From: a virus
Taxonomy: Duplodnaviria; Caudoviricetes
Length of the DNA: 55,007 nt
Virus record (IMG/VR): IMGVR_UViG_3300027971_000062
Span: 1 to 55,007 of that record
Strand: one strand, 5' to 3'
This document shows, piece by piece, positions 50,062 through 55,007 of this stretch (position 1 is its first letter; the number at the start of each line of letters is the position of its first letter). The notes beneath the pieces were generated by a model, which was not told the origin of the DNA, did not search any database, and worked only from the letters and a program-made list of their open reading frames with translations. A program made the position numbers and the translations under genes.

Positions 50062-50150
50062 GACTCCTTGGCTCCATGAGCCGTTACGTGATGTGACGTG
50101 ACGTGACGTGTTTGTACTACGAGACTACAGGTAATGCAAGCGTCAGTGTG
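50062..50150 (-). promoter_or_regulatory. Repeated promoter/RBS cassette, copy 1
   Basis: Minus strand TTGCAT-N17-TACAAA, (CACGT)n, GGCTCATGGAGCC hairpin, AAGGAG; near-identical to 51840-51918. Confidence 0.8.
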
Positions 50151-50166
50151 GGCGGTCGCGAACCAG

Positions 50167-50526
50167 CTAGGTGCGAGCGCGGTAGCGGTCGTGCGCGGCG
50201 TCCGCGATAGCCTCGACGACGCGCGCCGGGATCTCGCCCGCCCGCCGACACATCCAGGCGTCGTCGTCGAGCAGCGCGTCAACGTCCCGGGCGTCGTAGG
50301 GCAGCGTGCGGCGCAGGCTCCACGACAGCGCGCTCCTCCGCACCATCGCACGCGACCACACCCGCCCCGTGACCGAGGTGATCATGTAGCGGTCGGCCCA
50401 CGGCAACGCCGCGCACGCCGCGCAGCGGTCCGTGTCGTCGGTCTCGCTGGGATGCGCCGGGCGAGAGCAGCGCGAGCAGCGGGCGACCATCACGCGCCCA
50501 CCTCCCGCCGGACCCAGAGCGCCCAC
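50167..50526 (-). CDS. Hypothetical zinc-finger protein
   Basis: CSRC...CAAC; true start probably near 50493. Confidence 0.55.
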   Translation of the reverse strand: MGALGPAGGGRVMVARCSRCSRPAHPSETDDTDRCAACAALPWADRYMITSVTGRVWSRAMVRRSALSWSLRRTLPYDARDVDALLDDDAWMCRRAGEIPARVVEAIADAAHDRYRART

Positions 50527-50738
50527 CTGATTGCGGTGACCGTCACCGCGTCATGCCCGTCGAGCGCGAGGCGGATGGCGGCACGCTGGCGCGCGGCCTC
50601 CTCGGTCGTGCGCGCCGACACGATCCCCTCGGGGATCAGCATCGTCACCGGGGCGGCGGCGAGGTCGCCGGTCCAGGTCAGGCCAGCGTAGGCGCCGCCG
50701 AGGACCGTGATCACGACGGTCACGAGGCCACCTCCCAC
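50490..50738 (-). CDS. Small hypothetical protein
   Basis: Fills the gap between coupled genes; true start probably GTG near 50723. Confidence 0.5.
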   Translation of the reverse strand: MGGGLVTVVITVLGGAYAGLTWTGDLAAAPVTMLIPEGIVSARTTEEAARQRAAIRLALDGHDAVTVTAIRWALWVRREVGA

Positions 50739-51835
50739 TCGATCGAGAAGTCAGACTCGTTTCCGTTGCCGCAGCCGGTCCACTCGACGCGCCAGCCGGG
50801 GCCGATCGCCTCGCGAACCTCCGCGAGAATGGCGTCGCACGCCTCGTCGTCGTTGGCGTCCACCTCGACACTTGCGGTGTACCGCCGCGGCCCGCTCTCG
50901 GTCAGCGTGTAGGGGCACGCCTCGATCATGGCTGCGTCGGCCAGGAGCAAGCGCACGTCGTCAGCGGTTGCGTCCTCGTCCTCGTCAAGCGCGGCGTCGA
51001 CCGCCGCACGCAGCGCGTTCTCCTCGTGCTCGTCCTCCAGCGCGGAGACGAGCGCCGCGGTGCGCGCCTTGCGGCGCCGCGATGCCGCCCACGTCTCGCT
51101 GGCGTCGTCGGCGTCCTCGTAGGACGTGGCGGCGTGGTAGGTGCCAGTGCAGGGATCCTGCCGGGCGGTCTCATGGACCTGATAGGCCCCGCAGTTGCCG
51201 CACACGTAGCGACTTACGATGCCCGCTCCCCGGCCCCACACGCCGGGGTTCTCGCGCAGGCCCCCGAGCACGCTGAGGGGGCTGCACCAGTCGTGCTCCT
51301 CCCCGTCGACGCAGTCAGGCTCCTCTCCGTCGAGGCACCCGCTCACGCCCATGCCCTCGCGGCGATCGGCCTCGCCGGTCACCGGGTCGATGGGGGCGGC
51401 GTCGAGCGAGTACAGCATCGGCTCGCGCGGGTCGTCCCGGTCGTACTGAGCCGCCTCGTCCTCAAGGCGTTCCTCGATGTCGGAGGGAGCGAGCCCCTCC
51501 ACCATCCAGGACGCCTGGTCGTCTGCCACGCGCCAGGCGCGTGGCTCGTCGGACGCGAGCCACGCGGCGCGGGCCTCGTCGCGGAGGCGGTCGGCCTCCA
51601 GAGTCGCGGGGTACAGCGGGCACTCGGCGTCCTCCGCTCCACCGTCGCAGGAGGCGCAGGAGCACTCCTGCCACTGCGCGTCGAGTTGCGCGGCCCGCCA
51701 CGCGGCGTACTGATACGCCTGCGTCAGGGTCAGGTCAGCCCCGGCGCGGACGAGCCGCGCCTCGGCGGGCAACAGGTCTGCTCCCACAGACAGGAGGTTG
51801 TGCTCGGCCTCAATCAGAAACTGGACGTTCGACAT
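50720..51835 (-). CDS. Acidic Cys-containing early-region protein
   Basis: AAGGAG RBS from repeat copy 2; D/E-rich; CSCASC, HDW, CGNCG. Confidence 0.75.
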   Translation of the reverse strand: MSNVQFLIEAEHNLLSVGADLLPAEARLVRAGADLTLTQAYQYAAWRAAQLDAQWQECSCASCDGGAEDAECPLYPATLEADRLRDEARAAWLASDEPRAWRVADDQASWMVEGLAPSDIEERLEDEAAQYDRDDPREPMLYSLDAAPIDPVTGEADRREGMGVSGCLDGEEPDCVDGEEHDWCSPLSVLGGLRENPGVWGRGAGIVSRYVCGNCGAYQVHETARQDPCTGTYHAATSYEDADDASETWAASRRRKARTAALVSALEDEHEENALRAAVDAALDEDEDATADDVRLLLADAAMIEACPYTLTESGPRRYTASVEVDANDDEACDAILAEVREAIGPGWRVEWTGCGNGNESDFSIEWEVAS

Positions 51836-51839
51836 TTCG

Positions 51840-51918
51840 GACTCCTTGGCTCCATGAGCCGTTACGTGATGTGACGTGTTTGTACTACGAGACTACAGGT
51901 AATGCAAGCGTCAATGTG
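51840..51918 (-). promoter_or_regulatory. Repeated promoter/RBS cassette, copy 2
   Basis: Same as 50062-50150 but lacking two ACGTG units. Confidence 0.8.
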
Positions 51919-52444
51919 TGAGGAACTCGACCGCAACGCGCGCGGCCTCCTCGACCAATTCGGAGATGAGGGCTCCGTCCTCGTACAGGGGGTCACCGAC
52001 GAACGAGTCGGTGGACTCGCCCCACGAGTCGTCGTCGTCGCTCTCGACGAGGTAGCGTCCGACGACGAATTCTCCGTCGAGAGCCGTCACCACGACCTGA
52101 ATCCGCTCGTTCGGGCCCGTGAGCACGAGCGCGGCGCACATCCCGCCGGTCTGTTCTAGCCGCGCGGCGAACGCGCCATTCTCCCAGCCTAGCTCGGTCG
52201 CGGCGAACCCCACACGCTGCAAGAGCGCAACCCCACTCTCGACCCAGCACGCCGCACGGCACTTGTCGCAGACGGCGAGGAGGTCACCCTCAGGGCAAAT
52301 CACCTCGGCGGCGCGGTCGAGGCTCGCGAGGTAAGCGATACGACGCAGGTAGTGGGGGCGACCGTCGAGTGCCGCAAATTCGCAGGCAGCGCAGAGCACA
52401 TCAGCCCACGGGGTCCAAGCTCCTAGGCGAGCGACAGTGGACAT
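51911..52444 (-). CDS. Hypothetical early-region protein
   Basis: CAAC, CDKC, EQTGGMCAAL. Confidence 0.65.
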   Translation of the reverse strand: MSTVARLGAWTPWADVLCAACEFAALDGRPHYLRRIAYLASLDRAAEVICPEGDLLAVCDKCRAACWVESGVALLQRVGFAATELGWENGAFAARLEQTGGMCAALVLTGPNERIQVVVTALDGEFVVGRYLVESDDDDSWGESTDSFVGDPLYEDGALISELVEEAARVAVEFLTH

Positions 52445-52449
52445 GGCAG

Positions 52450-52812
52450 TCACAGCGCACCCCCGAGCACGCGCTCGACCGCTGCGAGGGCTTCGCGGAC
52501 GTTCGCGCCGCTGACCCTCCACAGGGGCTCGCCCCCATCGAGGTTGAGGCCGCGCGAATTTACGCGGTGATCGCCGCTCGACCAGCGGTCCTGGCCCGTG
52601 AGCGTGGACCAGCAGTAGCTGGTGATGAACTGACCACGTGGCCCGAACCCGTCCTCCCCCGCGTGGGTCGCGTCGTACCACTCGACCAGCGGGTCGGCCT
52701 TGTCGTGGACGAGGCAGTCGTTGTGCCCGTAGCGGTCGCCCTGACGGACGAGCCGCACATTGAAAGCGCGCCCCGCGTCGTTGATCACGCGAGCGACGAT
52801 GGATTGAAGCAT
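52450..52812 (-). CDS. Conserved mobile-element hypothetical protein
   Basis: AAAGGA RBS; FNVRLV..GDRYG..DCL.HD..PLVEWYD...GQF...GLNLDGG.P.W, a pattern familiar from phage/plasmid proteins. Confidence 0.72.
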   Translation of the reverse strand: MLQSIVARVINDAGRAFNVRLVRQGDRYGHNDCLVHDKADPLVEWYDATHAGEDGFGPRGQFITSYCWSTLTGQDRWSSGDHRVNSRGLNLDGGEPLWRVSGANVREALAAVERVLGGAL

Positions 52813-52889
52813 GGCAGTATCCTTTCGGCCCCATGGGCCTCTGACGTTGACAGGCGAGAGTGAGAGCGGGTCGCGGGTCGCGGGGCGAG

Positions 52890-53360
52890 CTAGGAGGTAT
52901 CGAGAGCGCGCGGTGCCCGCGAGGCGACGAGAGAGGCGAGGACCGCGACCGCGACCGTCACCGCGCAGGCGAGGGGGCGCAGGGCGCGGCGCACGACCGT
53001 GCGTAGGGCGCGGCGCAGGCGAGCGAGCCGACGCAGGCGCAGGGCGCGGCGCGCGGCGCGCAGCGCAGACTCGGCCTGTAGCGCGCGTGCCACGACGCGA
53101 CCGAGCGCGGCGAGGGCGACGAGCCCCGACAGGGCGCGGGAGCGAGCAGTCTCACGGGGGGCGGGGCGCGGGTCGCCGCCCGCCTCTACGAGGCGCAGGG
53201 CGCGTAGCGCAGCGTCCGAGCGAGCGGCGAGCCGCCACGCCTGCTCGATGGCGTCGGCTCGCTCCTCGGCACGGATGGCCCGCTCCCATGCCCGCCGGTA
53301 GCGAGCGACGAGCCGCGCGTGGCGGGTCGTGCCGAGCCGGGGGAGAGGGGAGCGGGTCAC
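52890..53360 (-). CDS. Arg/Ala-rich ORF (doubtful)
   Basis: Open frame fills the gap but is low-complexity with no RBS. Confidence 0.35.
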   Translation of the reverse strand: MTRSPLPRLGTTRHARLVARYRRAWERAIRAEERADAIEQAWRLAARSDAALRALRLVEAGGDPRPAPRETARSRALSGLVALAALGRVVARALQAESALRAARRALRLRRLARLRRALRTVVRRALRPLACAVTVAVAVLASLVASRAPRALDTS

Positions 53361-53416
53361 GAGGGGAGGTATTGCAGGTGGCGTGCCGTTGTCGTTTGGC
53401 CCGGAAACCCACCAGG

Positions 53417-53560
53417 AATCAAGGGGTTAGACGGTCGAGTGGTGGAGAACCACCGTATGCGGGTGTCAGTCGGTTTGACAGGTGGTAGGTTTCTGACACC
53501 CCCGGTTGACACCTGTATGTAGGTGTATATCTTACATGTAGGGTAATGTAGTCAAATAGG
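53417..53560. promoter_or_regulatory. AT-richer strand-switch region with IHF-like site, TGACA boxes and a rightward promoter
   Basis: AATCAAGGGGTTA at 53417-53429 fits WATCAANNNNTTR; inverted repeat GGGTGTCAG/CTGACACCC; TTGACA-N16-TATCTT at 53506-53533. Confidence 0.6.
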
Positions 53561-53856
53561 CACAAAAGGGTGCGCGGGGGCTCCGGAGGGGTTTCTGGGG
53601 GTCGCGACCGTGCGCGCACCGTGCGCGTTTCGGCGCGCGTGCAGCGCGCACCGCGCGCGGTTTGGGCGCGGTTTGGAGCGCGCCGGGTGAGCCAGGGAGC
53701 GTGCGAGGCGAGCGCAGCGAGCCTGTGGGCGAGCCTGGCGGCACGCGCGCGGCCCCGGGGCGCGAAAAATACTCGCGAAACCCTCGCGCAACCTCCGGGG
53801 AGTGCCTATGGAGTACGCGCGCCCCTGGCGGCGCATCACCTTCTCCGGAGGACGTT

Positions 53857-54318
53857 TTGAAATCTTCGCTCACGTCACGTTTCCTGGCGGGCTGGGAGCC
53901 CACCGTGTTTCCAGCCCGCGGACCCGACGGGCTCATCCCCGCGCCGCCGCCGAGCCGCCTGCCCGCACTCGAGCATCCCTCGCTCTGCGAGGCTGGCCCG
54001 TGCCGGCATTACCACCGCGTCGTGTGCCTGATGGACGCCGCCGAGCCCCTGGACGGGTCGGGCGGCACCGCGCACGAGCAGGTCACGCGCGCGTGCTACC
54101 CCGCGCCCGGGGTCGAGCTCGAGCTCGGCGAGGCCCCCATCACCCGGTGCTCGAGGTGGGAGCCCGACAACGAGCAGGCGCGGCTCGATTCGATTCGCGA
54201 TTCGTTCCTGCGCTCGCCGGCTGGCCGAGCCTACGCCGAGCAGCTCCGAGCTGCCGAGGCCACCGCCCAGGCCCCGCAACTCGAGGTCAACGCGGACGAG
54301 GAAGTGGTGGAGCTGTGA
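53857..54318 (+). CDS. Hypothetical Cys-containing protein
   Basis: GGAGG RBS, TTG start; LC..GPCRHY...C...CSRW. Confidence 0.6.
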   Translation: MKSSLTSRFLAGWEPTVFPARGPDGLIPAPPPSRLPALEHPSLCEAGPCRHYHRVVCLMDAAEPLDGSGGTAHEQVTRACYPAPGVELELGEAPITRCSRWEPDNEQARLDSIRDSFLRSPAGRAYAEQLRAAEATAQAPQLEVNADEEVVEL

Positions 54319-54713
54319 GTCTCGCAGAGCTACGTGCTGACCTCGCCCGCAACGCGCGCGAGACTCAGGCGATCATCGAGCCCGCGACCCGGACGCACCT
54401 CGAGCAGACCCTGTGGCCCTTCCTCGAGGCACTGATCGACCAGATCGAGGAGATCGACGACGCAGTGGCCGAGCTGGTGGACCAGCAGGAGGACTACCTC
54501 CAGCCTCAGACCGCCGCGGTGTTCGCCGCGGTGATCCAGGCGAGCCTCGAGCTTGCGAGTGAGCTCAAGGCGCGGGCGGGCGCGGACCCTGGTATCGCGC
54601 GGAAGATTTCGGACCACGACCAACTCTGCCAGGCCGCGATCGGCGTCCTGGGCGAGATCACGATGGTCGTCGGCGGCGACGAGGACGAGGGCGAGGGTGA
54701 GAGCAATGAATAG
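54315..54713 (+). CDS. Acidic helical hypothetical protein
   Basis: GGAG RBS; GTGA overlap. Confidence 0.7.
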   Translation: MSLAELRADLARNARETQAIIEPATRTHLEQTLWPFLEALIDQIEEIDDAVAELVDQQEDYLQPQTAAVFAAVIQASLELASELKARAGADPGIARKISDHDQLCQAAIGVLGEITMVVGGDEDEGEGESNE

Positions 54714-55007
54714 CGAGACAATGTCCGAGGCCGACTTGGACGACGCGCCGCCGATCGAAGTGATCGACGCGACAGACGCCTCCGAGCGCGAGGTCTCCGA
54801 GGACGCGGCTCCCGCCCCCGAGCGGAAGATCCCGCGCCTGGGGCGCAAGCGCGCATCCACGCTCGCCGCGTCTGCCACCCCAGCCGAGCCGCGCGAGCCG
54901 CGCAACGGCACCAGCAAGCCGCTCGCGGAGCTCCACGTCAACGAGGACCGCCAGGTCAAGGAATGGCTCGAGTCAATCTCGAGCGCGGGGCCGATCCGCG
55001 TCAAGGT
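54706..55007 (+). CDS. 5' part of a hypothetical protein (runs off the window)
   Basis: ATG 54706 overlapping the upstream stop; MNSETMSEADLDDAPPIE... open to the window end. Confidence 0.6.
   Translation, partial: MNSETMSEADLDDAPPIEVIDATDASEREVSEDAAPAPERKIPRLGRKRASTLAASATPAEPREPRNGTSKPLAELHVNEDRQVKEWLESISSAGPIRVK

Noticed and set aside
50062-51918. CRISPR array or terminal repeats of a mobile element
   Set aside because: Only two copies 1.8 kb apart, each containing promoter and RBS elements; no cas or transposase genes
1-55007. Tailed-phage (Caudoviricetes) assignment suggested by the lambdoid replication genes and fibre motifs
   Set aside because: No terminase, portal, HK97 capsid, tape measure or baseplate recognisable; it cannot be fully excluded because the genome extends beyond the window
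1-55007. Specific host assignment (Myxococcota was my impression)
   Set aside because: GC content, a lipoprotein and leaderless signals are compatible but not diagnostic; spacer or prophage-flank evidence is needed
1-55007. tRNA, rRNA or recognisable riboswitch
   Set aside because: No cloverleaf or conserved RNA signature seen in the few intergenic gaps; a covariance-model scan was not possible

Overview
High-GC (roughly 68-70% by eye), gene-dense segment of what looks like a bacterial virus or provirus genome. I see no rRNA, tRNA or CRISPR array, and no terminase, portal or tail genes. The left end encodes a histone-H1-like/membrane core protein, two adjacent ~200-aa candidate single jelly-roll capsid proteins and a run of small proteins with C-terminal membrane anchors. 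This layout suggests a tailless, internal-membrane virus; the call rests on pattern recognition, and neither a packaging ATPase nor a maturation protease is visible. Four scattered spike-like genes share a constant N-terminal domain but have unrelated heads. The rest comprises a tyrosine recombinase, a lambdoid-type replication/recombination block (initiator with internal iterons, DnaC-like loader, XRE HTH, HNH, YqaJ nuclease, annealing protein), four peptidoglycan hydrolases, a holin/lipoprotein cassette, glycosyltransferases, several DNA-modification enzymes (QueE plus a TGT-like protein, PAPS-reductase family, DUF4338-like, and a C5 methyltransferase with a nested out-of-frame partner gene), a kinase/phosphatase pair and an early region with a duplicated promoter. 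The best candidate for an undescribed system is a protein-sorting or processing code. An x-x-Asn-Pro (RRNP/RSNP/RANP/EENP) linker separates modules in five proteins, including the core protein and multi-module cargo polyproteins, and one module is flanked by a perfect 29-bp direct repeat. A second motif, hydrophobic-Gly followed by D/A/E/G, ends short leaders of the membrane proteins. At least 15 genes appear to be leaderless (TAnnnT 6-8 nt before the start). All functional calls come from motif reading without database searches.
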